Below, piece after piece: positions 49,580 through 61,647 of a stretch of DNA of 64,000 nt. The notes beneath the pieces are model-generated. The model had not been told where the DNA came from and made no database searches. It worked only from the letters and a program-made list of their open reading frames with translations. Numbering within the stretch: position 1 is the first letter of the stretch; each line of letters starts with the position of its first letter. Made by a program: the position numbers and the translations under genes. Source of the DNA: Octopus sinensis. Its lineage: Eukaryota. The stretch is taken from NCBI RefSeq assembly GCF_006345805.1, contig NC_043005.1, forward strand, positions 71,424,001 to 71,488,000, read 5' to 3'.

Positions 49580-50845
49580 GTGTGGTGCAGTGATTAAATT
49601 ATCGTCAAAATTATGGAAAAATGAAATAAAACCAACATTTCATTTTCACAGATATATTTACCAAAATTCCATAAAAATATCTTGAAATACTAAAAAGTAA
49701 ATTTATTCATTAGCTTCAACCATGGCCTCCAGACAGCTTCCGAATCTCCAGCAACTCTTCTGGGTAGTCTCAATAGTTTAAGTTGATGAATGTTGCCATA
49801 ATCCTTGCTTTCAATTAATCTTTGGTGTTACAAGGAGTTTTGTTGGTCTCTCGCTCATTTGTGACCGACACTTAATAATCAAGGGAGTTGCAGTCTGGGG
49901 AGTTAGATGGCCAGATGTTAGGTATGATGTGGTTAAAAAAATTGTTTGACAGCCATGGCTGGGTTCTCCTGCTTATTTTGCATGGTGCAATATCCTGTTG
50001 CCAGACATAGGGTCTTCCAGCAGCAACCCTTTTCACCAGGACAGCACTACCTCCTCCAGGAACATGATGTAGGCCTCCATTTCTGGTCTGAGGCTACGTG
50101 GGAAGATGAATGGAAGTATAACGTTGCCATCACTAGTAACCATTCCAAATACCATGATGTTGACTAGATGTTTGATTTTTATCACTCTCAGTACATGTTT
50201 TGGGGACACAGCAAGCCAACAGTTGTTCTGTGTGTTCATCATCTTATCCTAGGAGAAATTTTTCTCATCTGAGAAAAACCATAGTTGGAGCGGATGATTG
50301 AGTTTGTTCAAAAGCTTCATAATGTGGTCTTTCCTCTTTTCCTTGATGGCTTGGGATAAAAAGTGGTTCTTTTCTCATCTTGTATGAAGAATACCAAATG
50401 TCTTCATGCATTACCTGCCTGATAAAAAACTCAGATACTCCCATATCCTTGGTAATGGACCAGATTGACTTTGCGGGATCACTGACAATCATGGCCTGTC
50501 TCATACCAAAGAATTCAGGAGTTCTTTTCTTATCAGAATGATGAGAGTGAGTTTTCCAAGCTGTTGTACCTTTGTAATCACCATTAGACTCATTAGACTC
50601 TTATCAAATCCTCTGCATTGTCCTCACATTGACATCCAAACACTCTGAAATGTTTGTATTGGAGCTTCCAGTGCAAATGCCAAGCAGTACAGCATATTTT
50701 TCCCAAATTTCTGGCCGAGTGACTTGCGTCATGGTACTGTTTTTCTCACAGACAGTGCCCTACTGACCCTACTATACTGTGTAGTCACCAAAATCAAAAA
50801 CAAACAATGTGCATGCTCAAAATTATAAATATAAAATAGCGCCAA
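49580..50845 (-). mobile_element. near-full-length decayed Tc1/mariner element, maT (DD37D)-like, with TIRs
   Basis: WFFSDEK, NCWLA, IMVFGMVTSDG..LPFIFP motifs; TIRs GGTGCAGTGATTAAATT (left) and AATTTATCCATTGCATCC (right); a second 5'-end fragment lies at about 60190-60260. Confidence 0.75.
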
Positions 50846-50862
50846 TTTATCCATTGCATCCT

Positions 50863-50902
<40 letters not shown>

Positions 50903-51769
50903 TGTATATCATCCCCAAGATGTTATATTTAATTTGTTTATCTGCGTATTTTACTCTCTCTATATATGTGTGTGTGTGTGTGTGTAGACATACATCCAGA
51001 AATCAGACACCAGATGATGAGGATCAAAAATAAAACCTATTGACATGTAGTTTAGATGTAAATACTGTAAAAATGTTTCATCTCCAAACCAAAGTTGAGG
51101 TTAAGAGTCCAAAAACTTATAATCTCATTAACAACTAATCACAGATATTTAGACATTTAAAGAATTATCAACTTCAGTTACTTTGCCTATTTGACAAGTG
51201 ACTGAGATCAGGGGTTAAAACTAAGACAGATGAATGACATTAGCCTTTTAAAACATATATACATACAGTCATTCTGTTATTGTTTCTCTCTTTAACTGGT
51301 TTCAGGCATTATTCTTTTCTGTGGTAGCTTTTGCTGTTTTATTCTTGTTATCCAGAAGGTTGGTGGTTTGTATTCACCTAAGGACAATATGAATACCGTA
51401 AGTGCAGAATGGTTGTGCGGTAAGGAATTTGCTTCTAAACGATATGGTTTCAGGGTCAGTGCCATTGTGAGTAACTTGGACAAGCACTTTCTACTATAGC
51501 CCAGGCTGATTGGAGCATTATGAATGAATAAAGGCCTTATATATCTATCTGTCTATCCATCTATCTGTCTGTCAATCAATCTATCTATCTATATGTCTAT
51601 CTGCCTGTCTGTCTGTCTATACTAGCTTAAAAACTGCCCTATCAGGTAGCTTTTAAGCTAGCTCCTATGGAGGGCTCTTCATTGGGCCTTGAGCCCAACA
51701 ATGACACTTCATGCATTGAGTACACATTCAATTTTATTAAACTTGACCAATGTTTTTCAAGCAATGAAC

Positions 51770-53435
51770 ATCATCATCATCATCATCGTTTAACATCCAC
51801 TTTCCATGCTAGCATGGGTTGGACGGTTCAACTGGGGTCTGGGAAGCCCGAAGGCTGCACCAGGCCAGTCATATCTGGCGGTGTTTCTACAGCTGGATGC
51901 CCTTCCTAACGCCAACCACTCCGTGAATGTAGTGGGTGCTTTTTATGTGCCACTGACACAGGTGCCAAACGAGGCTGGCGAACGGCTACACTCGGATGGT
52001 GCTTTTTACGTGCCACCGGCACGGAGGCCAGGCGAGGCTGGCACAGCCACGATCGGATGGTGTTTGTTACGTGCCACCAGCATGGAGGCCAGTCGATGCA
52101 GTGCTGGCAAGGGCCACATTTGGATGGTTCTCTTATGTGCCACTGGCACTGGTACCACAACTACAAATTCCATTGATGTTGATCAATTTCGATTTTGATT
52201 TGATTTTTTAATTTTCACTTGCCTCAACAGGTCTTCACAAGCAGAGTTATGTGTCCCAAGAAGGAAGGTATGCACAGGTGGACTGACTATGTCCCAAGTA
52301 GGGGCCACGGGTTATGGCCTCACTTGTCCTGCCGGGTCTTCTCACGCACAGCATACTTCCAAAGGTCTCGGTCTCTGGTCATTTCCTCGGTGAGACCTAA
52401 AGAGTGAAGGTCGTGCTTCACCACCTCGTCCCTGGTTTGCCTGGGTCTACCTCTTCCACAGGTTCCCTCAACCGCTAGGGTGTGGCACTTTTTCACACAA
52501 CTATCTTCATCCATTCTTACCACGTGTCCATACCAGCGTAGACGTCTCTCTTGCACACCACATCTGATGCTTCTTAGGTCCAACTTTTCTCTCAAAGCAC
52601 TTACACACTGTCGGGTATGAACACTGACATTACACATCCATCGGAGCATACTGGCTTCATTTCTTGCAAGCTTACGTATATCCTCAGCAGTCACGGCCCA
52701 TGTTTCACTGCCATGTAGCATGGCTGTTCGTACACATGCGTCATACAGTCTGTCTTTTACTCTGAGCGAGAGGCCTTTTGTCACCAGCAAAGCTCTCTAA
52801 ACTTTGCCCAGGCTATTCTTATTCTAGCAGTTACACTTTCGGCACACCCGCCCCCGCTACTGACTTGATGACCTAGGTAACGGAAACTATCAACTATTTC
52901 TAGTTTTTCTCCCTGGAATGTGGCGGAAGAGGGTCTCTGCGCATTTTCAGTGTTTATTGCACCTGAGCATCTGCCACAGACAAAAACTATATTCCTAGTT
53001 AGCCTTCCTTTGACATTGCTGCACCTCTTATGTGTCCATAGCTTACACTTGGTGCATCTTATAGAGTTCCTACCTAAGCCTTTTCTACAGATTGAGCAGG
53101 GCCATCTACCTGAAGGTGTTTGAGATTTGTCTATCTTTCTACTTATTAGGACTTTGGTTTTAGCTAGGTTGACTCTAAGGCCCTTCGATTCTAATCCTTG
53201 CTTCCACGTCTGAAACTTCTCCTCCAGTTCTGATAGTGATTCAGCAATTAGAGGAAGGTCATCAGCATAGAGTAGCTCCCAGGGGCATCCTGTCTTGAAT
53301 TCCTCCGTTATTGCCTGGAGGACTATGATAAATAGGAGGGGGATGATGACTGAGCCTTGGTGGACCCCAACCTCTACCCAAAATTTTTCACTGTACTCGT
53401 TGCCAACCCTCACCTTACTAACAATTTTCATCAAA
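51770..53435 (-). mobile_element. RTE LINE, 5'-truncated, with RT core, C-terminus and complete 3' UTR
   Basis: VGVHQGS..PLLF, LLYADDL, KFRYLG-like motifs (ORF 52781-53440); frameshift near 52785; ORF 52320-52790; UTR to (GAT)n tail at 51770. Confidence 0.92.
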
Positions 53436-54085
53436 AACAATGATATAATTTGTTGACTTGGAATTTATTGCAAAACTTCATGATAAACAACATTTTTTTG
53501 TCTTTCCATTCAGGGGTCAGTACAATTCATTTTTTCTGTCTAAACTTTTTCCTTCTCACTCTCTCTTTCTATTGATTGTTTGCAACCATCACCATCCCCA
53601 GTGCCACCACCATCACTAACACAACTGCCATACACATACCATTCAGACCTCTGACACCACCATCATCAATACCTTGTTCCGTCTCACAAACTTTAACATT
53701 TTCTTTTATTTCATTCTGATCCAGTTGCGTTCAATGCGCTTTCTGCAATCAAGGAGAATAAAAATCTTAGTTTTCTCAATTTCGTTTCTTTTCTGTCATT
53801 CCATTTTTTACACCAACCTTCTTCATGTTTTTTCCATGCTTTTTCTTATTTTCTTACTCTTCAGCATCCCTGTGTTTAAAATGTATATATAACACATAAA
53901 CAGAGCCAGAAAGATTGCTTTAAGATACATGGCAATTTTTATAAATATGCCTGTCGAAGTATTGTAAAAGCATAGAACTATTGGTAGCTCTTTCAATTGT
54001 GTATTTAAATCGATATTTATCTCTCACTGGATGGAGTACATTTTTAGTTGATTCTACCTCTAATCAATCTTTAAACTATATACAT

Positions 54086-54118
<33 letters not shown>

Positions 54119-54124
54119 TTTGTT

Positions 54125-54270
54125 TTTGGATTTGGTCAAGACTACTGAAAAGGCTGCAAGATGTAATGAAAATTTTAGGGAAATAAAAATAAGAAATAAG
54201 TGGAAATGTTACCAGTGAGTGTATTAAATTACGAGGCACAGAAAGAAAATGACCCTCCCCCGACACAACA
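54125..54270 (+). mobile_element. putative pLTR family 3, second copy
   Basis: Reverse match to 29570-29715; ends at the (TA)n where the large PLE terminates. Confidence 0.65.
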
Positions 54271-54306
<36 letters not shown>

Positions 54307-54403
54307 CGGGAAGCTTTATGAAAATAAACAAAAGACGAAGGCAGGTGGAAAACAAACGAACAATTGTATTAGTATGGCGCTCAGGAAATATAAATAAAAC
54401 AAG

Positions 54404-54441
54404 TCTTTAACGTTTCGAACCTACGCTCTTCAACAGAAAGA
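54404..54441 (-). ncRNA. minimal type-I hammerhead variant in the 3' pLTR
   Basis: TCTTT-CTGTTGA-A-GAGC-GTAG-GTTC-GAAACGTT-AAAGA. Confidence 0.6.
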
Positions 54442-55289
54442 TACAGAGAGAGAAAAACACAGAAAGAAGGAGAGAAAAAAAATGCGTGCAGTAGCTAACG
54501 AATCAACATGGCGATCTGATTTCGGCCAGAGGTCAAAGATCAAACATGAAACGCGAGAGCGAAATAAGGGGAGATAATAGGGTTGATAAAAGGGTTGAGG
54601 GACCAGCTAATAGTGCGTAGGAGGGGTCTGGATGTGTGTATGTATAGGGTTGGTGTATGTATTAGTATGTATAAGGGTGGGTGTGTGTGTGTGTGTGTGT
54701 GTATGAGAGAGAGTATTAGTGCGTAGGATTGGTCTGGACGTGCATATGTATGGGGTTGGTGTATGTATTAGTATGTATTAGTACGTATTGGTATGTATAA
54801 GTGTGGTGTGTGTATGAGAGAGTATAAGTGCGTATGCGGGGTCTGGACGTGTGTATGTATAGGGTTGGTGTATGTATTAGTATGTACTAGTATGTATTAG
54901 TACGTATTAGTATGTATTAGTTGGTGTGTGTATTAGTATGGCACATCATATGTGATGTGATGTGTAAAGTCATGGTGGTGTAGTGAGAGAAGAGGGGGAG
55001 AGGGGAGGGATAGGGAGAAGAGGGGGGAGAGAAGGGGAGGGGAAGAAGAGGGGGAGGAGAGGATGGGGAGGAGGGGGTGAAGAGGAGGAAAGAGGGAGAG
55101 GGGGAGAGAGAAGGGGAGAGAGGGAGTGAGGGGAGGAGGGAGGAGGGAGTGGAGGGAGCAGAGGGAAGGGGAAGGGAGGAGAAAGAAGAGGAAGAAGGAA
55201 GGGGAGTAGGGGTGAAAGGATGAAGGACTGAAGAAGTGGGGTGGGTCGGGGGGAAAGGATAGGTGAGGAGGGGGAGGGGGGGTTAGATA

Positions 55290-58182
55290 AGGAGGGGGGG
55301 AGAGTTGAGACCAAATGGCGTATAAGAGCGAAGAGAGAAGATAATTCCTGTTCACGGCGCAAACGGGAATCCGGATGGCCTCTGTGTAAGGACAAACCGA
55401 ACACAGATAGGTGTTGCAAGGAGTGACCGGTGGAGCGGAAATGGCGTGAGACCGGTGTGTCGTTCGCAAGGTGGATGTCACGAAGGTGTTCCGCGAACCG
55501 GTCAGCCAAGCGGCGTCCCATTTGTCCGATGTACAAGGAATTGCAGAGAGAGCAAGAGATGCAATAGATAATATTGCTGGAGGTGCAGGTGAAGGAGTGG
55601 ATGATGGGATAGGGTCGATGGTGGGTGCTAGTGAGGCGGGTGGTGTTGGAGAGGTAAGGGCAAGTGCGGTAACGTGGGCGGGAGCAGGGGAACGAGCTGG
55701 GTTGGGAGGTAGGGTCAGGGAAGGAGCTATGGACCAAAAGGTCTCGAAGGTTGTGGGCTCGTTTGAAAGAGGGGAGGGGTCGGTTAGGGAAGAGGTGTGA
55801 AGTGGACGGGTCGGACTGGAGATGACGGAAAGCTCGAAGAATGGTGCGTTGGAGACGTAGGGTCGTGGGGTGGTAAGTGAGGGGAAAAGGGAGGCGGGAG
55901 ACTACAGGGCGGGTTCGGGGAGAGAGAGCAGATACACGGTCCACGGACCGTGCTCTGGCAAGGGCGGTGTGGATAGTGGTGAGGGGGTCCGTAGGGTGAA
56001 GTGTGGTGAGCCATACGTTGAGACTGAGTCTCAAAGTCATGGTCGTCACTACAGAGCCTACGTAGAGAGGAGGATTGGGAATAGGGGATGGAAAGCTTGG
56101 TGTGTTCTGGGTGGGAGGAAGAGAAGTTGAGGTATGAGTGTGAGTCTCTGTGTTTGTAGTGAATGGAGGTGGTAAGAGTGGAGTGAAGAATGCTAACCGA
56201 AATGTCGAGGAAGGAGACAGAGGTGTTGGAGATAGTGGAAGTGAAGTGGAGGGCTGGATGGAAAGATTGGACGAAAGAGAGGAAGGAATCTAGATGTTCG
56301 CGGGAGAGTGAGGTGGCACCGATAATGTCGTCAATGTAACGACCATATAGTTCAGGAGTGGGACCAGTGAAATTAGAGAATATATGGGCCTCAACATAGC
56401 CAACGAACAGGTTCGCATAGTTGGGGCCCATTCGCGTTCCCATGGCCACTCCCGAGACCTGATGGTAGAACTCGCCCGCGAACGAGAAGCAGTTCAGAGT
56501 AAGGACAAGTTCGGCCAGACGAATGAGTGTGGAGGTGTCAGGTACAGGGTTAGAGCGGAGGTCAAGAAAGTGTCGAAGGGCCTGCAGTCCTTTGTGGTGA
56601 GGGATAACAGTATAGAGGCTTTGGATGTCCATAGTAAAAAGGATTTTGGAGGAGCCGGGAGGAAAGGAGAAAGAGTTGAAAAGCCGGAGAGCATGGTTGG
56701 TATCGTGGATGTGGGAGGGAAGAGATGCCACTAGGGGGGCAAGGACACGGTCGAGGTATTTAGAGATGAGCTCCGTGGGGCAGTTACAGGCGGAGACGAT
56801 GGGGCGGCCAGGGTTGTTGGGTTTGTGGATTTTGGGGAGGAAGTAAATGGTGGGGGTACGTGGGGTTCGCACAATTAGGTTGGATGCGGTGCGGGGGAGA
56901 CGGGAGGACGAGATGAGGTCTTGGACAGTAGAGGATACCGTCTGTTGGTAGCTACGTGTGGGGTTAGAGGGCAGAGGGGAATAGAAGGAGGTGTCATTGA
57001 GTTGGCGGAAAGCCTCGGCCCTATAGAGGTCCGCGCGCCACACCACTACAGCTCCACCCTTGTCAGCCGGTTTGATGATAATGTCAGCGCGCCGTTGGAG
57101 GGAACGAAGAGCCAAGAGCTCAGCCGGGGAGATGTTGAGGCGGCGTTGGCGCCTGGAGAAGTTGAACCGCTCCAATGCACGCTGACAAGCGCCCGCGAAA
57201 AGATCCACTGCTAGGATCTGGCCAGGGGCAGGCGTCCACGGGGATGGTCGGCGGCCCAGGCCAGTGAAGCAGTCCTCTTCGTTGGGTGTGGGTGGCGAGT
57301 CGTGGTAATGCGCACCCAACCGGACACGGCGCACAAAGCTGTGGACATCAACTCGCGTCTGGAATTCCTTACAGGATGGAGTGAGGGGGATGAAACACAG
57401 ACCCCTACCAAGGACGGAGCGTTCAGCCGCAGAGAGGGGAAGATCGGGGGGAATGGTAACAACAGACGGAAGTGGAGAAGGGGTGGGTGGAATAGAAGTA
57501 GGAGGGGTGGTAGGTCTCGTGGAGGTCTGAGGGGGAGGGATTAGGGAGGTGTGGGGGTGGTTGGGCGGGGCAGTAGGGTTAGGTGTAGGTGGATGGAGCC
57601 TAACGGGAGGGGAGAAGGGGTTGTAGGGAGGGGTAGTGGGGTTAGGTGTGGGTGGATGGAGCCTATCGGGAGGGGAGAAGGGTGGTGGAGGAGTTGGGGT
57701 AGTGGCGTCGGGTAGGGTGGAATGGAAGAGTGATTGGAGTTTACGAAGTTTGGTATCAGAAAGAAATTGATGGAAGAGTTGATTCAAATGGATAATGAAG
57801 CGTAGCGTGTTTGGAGCATAGAGAGGCGGCAGAGAGGAGAAGAAGGTGGAGAAAGCAGGAGGAAGAAGGCGGTTGATGGCATGTAGTTTGGAGAGATTGG
57901 AGCGAATGGTGCCCGCATAAGGTGGTAAGATGTGGTGCGGAGTATGGGTAAGATGGAAGAATCCGAGTGGAGAGCAGGGTGGAAGTGGAGGCGGAAACCT
58001 TTAGGGATGAGTCGGTGATGTAGGCAGCGGCTTAGGAAAGAGACATGGCTAGAGAAGCGGGTTTTTTTAAAAAGAAGTAGAGAGAGATTAACGGACGGCT
58101 GAAGGCAATATACAGGAAGCAAACGGAGATGATCCTTCAAACGGTGATGGAGGGTGAGGAGGTAGGACCTAGGATCCGGCAT
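55290..58182 (-). pseudogene. PLE reverse transcriptase + GIY-YIG endonuclease ORF with three frameshifts
   Basis: ATG 58182; H..FL.RC....LIPKG N-terminus; ADKGGAVVV, LPKIHK, GRPIVS, MDIQSLYT, GVAMG, RYIDDI, FLDI; Cys-rich linker CSRP(Y)RTC; IIYCISCSLCNSLYIGQ.GRRL..RF.EH; frameshifts near 57912, 56000 and 55342. Confidence 0.92.
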
Positions 58183-58906
58183 GATGGGATAGTGGAAAAA
58201 AAACGTTCGAAAAAACAAAAAAAAACAAAAAACAAAAATTATCGTATGAAAAAAAATAGAAAAAAAGGATAGCGAAAAAAGGGGAAAAAACAAACGTTCA
58301 AAAAAACAAAAAAATAATAATCGTATGAAAAAACTAGATAAGTAAGCGATAGGGGCAGAAAAGACGGGGCAAACGGAAAAGGGAAAGAAAGAAGGGAAGC
58401 AGAGAGAGGGGGAGGCAAAAAAAAGGGGGGTGCAGGCAGAGGAAACGGAGTATGGACATCCAGAGAGGGAAGAAAGACGGAAAGGAGAACAAAAATTCAG
58501 GAAAATGTGGAAAGCATGAAATGAATGTAAAAAAAGTGGTAATATAAGAGAAAATAAAAATACAACAAACGGGACAGTTTATGCGAACAAGTTCAAGGTT
58601 GAAAATTCAAGGTGAGAAATGTGTAGACGTCGTGGTATATTTTTTAAGGATTTCACATCAATGCAAAGTCACTTTGATCCGCGAAAGAGAGGTGCAGCCA
58701 ATGGTAAGTATCCAAGAGGTAAAGAAAATCCAAGGTAGAGGTAAGTGTTGATAGTGGTATTGGTAGAATATAGGATGAAAGTGAGACCACGTGAGCGCAT
58801 AATATATAACGGGAAGCTTTATGAAAATAAGCAAAAGACGAAGGCAGGTGGAAAACAAACGAACAATTGTATTAGTATGGCGCTCAGGAAATATAAATAA
58901 AACAAG

Positions 58907-58944
58907 TCTTTAACGTTTCGAGCCTACGCTCTTCAACAGAAAGA
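58907..58944 (-). ncRNA. minimal type-I hammerhead variant in the 5' pLTR
   Basis: TCTTT-CTGTTGA-A-GAGC-GTAG-GCTC-GAAACGTT-AAAGA; helix I 5 bp, helix II 4 bp, palindromic helix III. Confidence 0.65.
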
Positions 58945-59700
58945 TACACAGAGAGAGAAAAACACAGAAAGAAGGAGAGAAAAAAAATGCGTGCAGTAGC
59001 TAACGAATCAACATGGCGATCTGATTTCGGCCAGAGGTCAAAGATCAAACATGAAACGCGAGAGCGAAATAAGGGGAGATAATAGGGTTGATAAAAGGGT
59101 TGAGGGACCAGCTAATAGTGCGTAGGAGGGGTCTGGATGTGTGTATGTATAGGGTTGGTGTATGTATTAGTATGTATAAGGGTGTGTGTGTGTGTGTGTA
59201 TGTGTATGAGAGAGTATTAGTGCGTAGGATTGGTCTGGACGTGCGTATGTATGGGGTTGGTGTATGTATTAGTATGTATTAGTATGTATTAGTACGTATT
59301 GGTATGTATAAGTGTGTGTGTGTGTGTATGAGAGAGTATAAGTGCGTATGCGGGGTCTGGACGTGTGTATGTATAGGGTTGGTGTATGTATTAGTATGTA
59401 CTAGTATGTATTAGTACGTATTAGTATGTATTAGTTGGTGTGTGTATTAGTATGGCACATCATATGTGATGTGTAAAGTCATGTGGTGTAGTGAGGAGAA
59501 GAGGGGGAGGGGAAGAAGAGGGGAGGAGAGGGGGAAGAGGAGAGGGGGAAGAGGAGAGGAGGGGGGAGGAGGGGGATGAAGGAGGAAAGGGGGAGAGAGA
59601 AGGGGAGAGAGGGAATATATATATATATAATGGTATGTGTCCCAGCATGGCCACAGTCTAATGACTGCAAAAAAGTAAAAAAAATGAATGAGTATATATA

Positions 59701-59746
<46 letters not shown>

Positions 59747-60984
59747 TATATATAAACAGAATAATAAGCAAAAAAGAAAAGGAGAGCTTCTTACAATGCT
59801 CAGCTTGTAAACCTATATATAACTCAAGCCAAAAGCTCCATCAGATGAGTATGGTTAAAAAATGTGAGTCCATGTAGATCCGGCCACATGGATTACCACA
59901 CAGACCATCTACATAAATTCAAGTTTCTTAACAGTAGCCTTCTAATGATGTACCCTTGCACCTGAAATATATGAAGGTTTACCTAATTGTTTCTTTCCAA
60001 TATATGAAGCTCTTCTCCTTTGCTTTTTGCTTATTTTTGACTTAGGTATCTCAATGCCTCATTCCCAATGTGACACAGTTGATAATTGTTGAGAATTCTC
60101 AGCATGAAACCAATGGTAGCTTTGTTAACCTACAAATCCTACAAATATAGAAATTTTTATCCACCAAGGCAATGTTGAGCACTCATTTTCACTGTTTGAG
60201 ATTAAACAAAACAATGTGCATAAATATAAAATAGTACCAATTTACCCATTGCGTCCTGTGTGTGTGTGTGTGTTGTGTGTTGTATGTGTGTGAGAAAGTC
60301 ATACATTCAGTGTTCATGACTTTTAATCTTTCATGAAAATGTGTCTAGCCATAGGGAAATACTACCATACTTGGAAATAGATAAGGGTTGGCTATTAGGA
60401 AGGTATCCAAGCATAGAAAAATCCATCTCAAAAAATTTCTATCCAGCCCATACAAGCATTGAAAAGTGGAGATTAAAAACCAAAACGATGCATCTAATAT
60501 TGAATACTTGGTTTATAATTGTTTCATCAACCCAGAAGGATAAAATTAATTACAATGAGATTTGAACTAGCAATACAAACAGCCATAACAATATACTGCA
60601 ATGTTCCGCCAGTTCTGTCACTTATGTGTAATAAAATGTGTATATATGTTTTTACTCATTTCTCTCATCAGACCGTATCCATTCTGGAAGAGTGCCTTCA
60701 AAGGCTTTACTCAATCACATCAATTCCAATATTGGTTACTTATTTAATTTAATTTCTATTTATTCAATGAGTAACTTTTGTCATATGGCATGAAAGGAAA
60801 TAACATAGCACAATCTACATAAACACAGATACATATATAGACATATATATACATATATGTTGTGTATATGTGTATATATGCCTGTGTGTACATATGTACA
60901 TATATTTATGTGTGTGAGAGTGTGGGCATAGGTATGTATGTGTGTATATATATACACACACACATATGTGTGTATATATTTATA

Positions 60985-61229
60985 TGTAGAGGTGTGTGGC
61001 TTAGTGGTTAGGGTGTTGGACTTGTGATCATAAGATTGTGGTTTCAATCCCTAGACTGGGTGATGCGTTATGTTCTAGAGCAAAACACTTCATTTCATGT
61101 TACCCCATTCCACTCAGCTGGCAAAGTGAATAATCCTGTGATGGACTGGCGTCCCATCCAGGTGGGGAATTTATACACCACTGAAACAAGGATGCCAGCT
61201 CTCATGAGCCTGGCATGGCTCGAGAAGGA

Positions 61230-61235
<6 letters not shown>
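60985..61235 (+). mobile_element. tRNA/CORE SINE (family D tail)
   Basis: TGGCTTAGTGGTTAGGG head, TCTAGAGCAAAACACTT core, CCCATCCAGGTGGGGAA tail. Confidence 0.75.
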
Positions 61236-61263
<28 letters not shown>

Positions 61264-61334
61264 ATTTTTCGTGAATTCTCCCAATATATACACACACACA
61301 CAAACATATACAGAAATATATGGATATATATGTA

Positions 61335-61488
61335 TGTATACATTATTTACATTATTTATATTTGATGGATATTTATTCTCATCTTGTTGGTAGTTAACAC
61401 AATGTTTCGGCCAATATACCCTCCAGCCTTCATCAGGTGTCTTGGAGAAATTTCGAACGTGGGTTCTCATTCCTAAGGTATTTTTCGA

Positions 61489-61519
<31 letters not shown>

Positions 61520-61647
61520 TAGGTCACTACCTGGAATTGCACTCGGAATGTTGGTGTTAGTAGCCTGCTTTCTTAACCACTAGGCCATATGCCCATCAAA
61601 TGTAAATAATGTACGTAATTCCTCATCTCTTAAATATAGAACTGTAT
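61335..61647 (-). mobile_element. tRNA-headed hammerhead element, full copy with inverted 3'-end duplication upstream of the head
   Basis: Head 61594-61520, (AAT)n, HHR 61441-61396 with intact CTGATGA; 61595-61647 is the element's 3' end in the opposite orientation. Confidence 0.85.

Larger units (their letters stand above)
54303..59613 (-). mobile_element. Penelope-like element, near full length, partial-tandem pseudo-LTRs
   Basis: Direct repeats at about 54303-55030 and 58803-59613; internal RT and GIY-YIG ORF; (TA)n at both ends. Confidence 0.95.

Noticed and set aside
54933-55481. Pro/Leu/Ser-rich ORF extensions and antisense ORFs over the PLE (e.g. 55471-55800, 56384-56734)
   Set aside because: They come from the polypurine/polypyrimidine tract and from stop-poor antisense frames of a GC-rich ORF.
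55290-58182. Selenocysteine recoding in the PLE ORF (reported for some PLE lineages)
   Set aside because: No in-frame TGA at Cys positions was seen; the ORF breaks are frameshifts.
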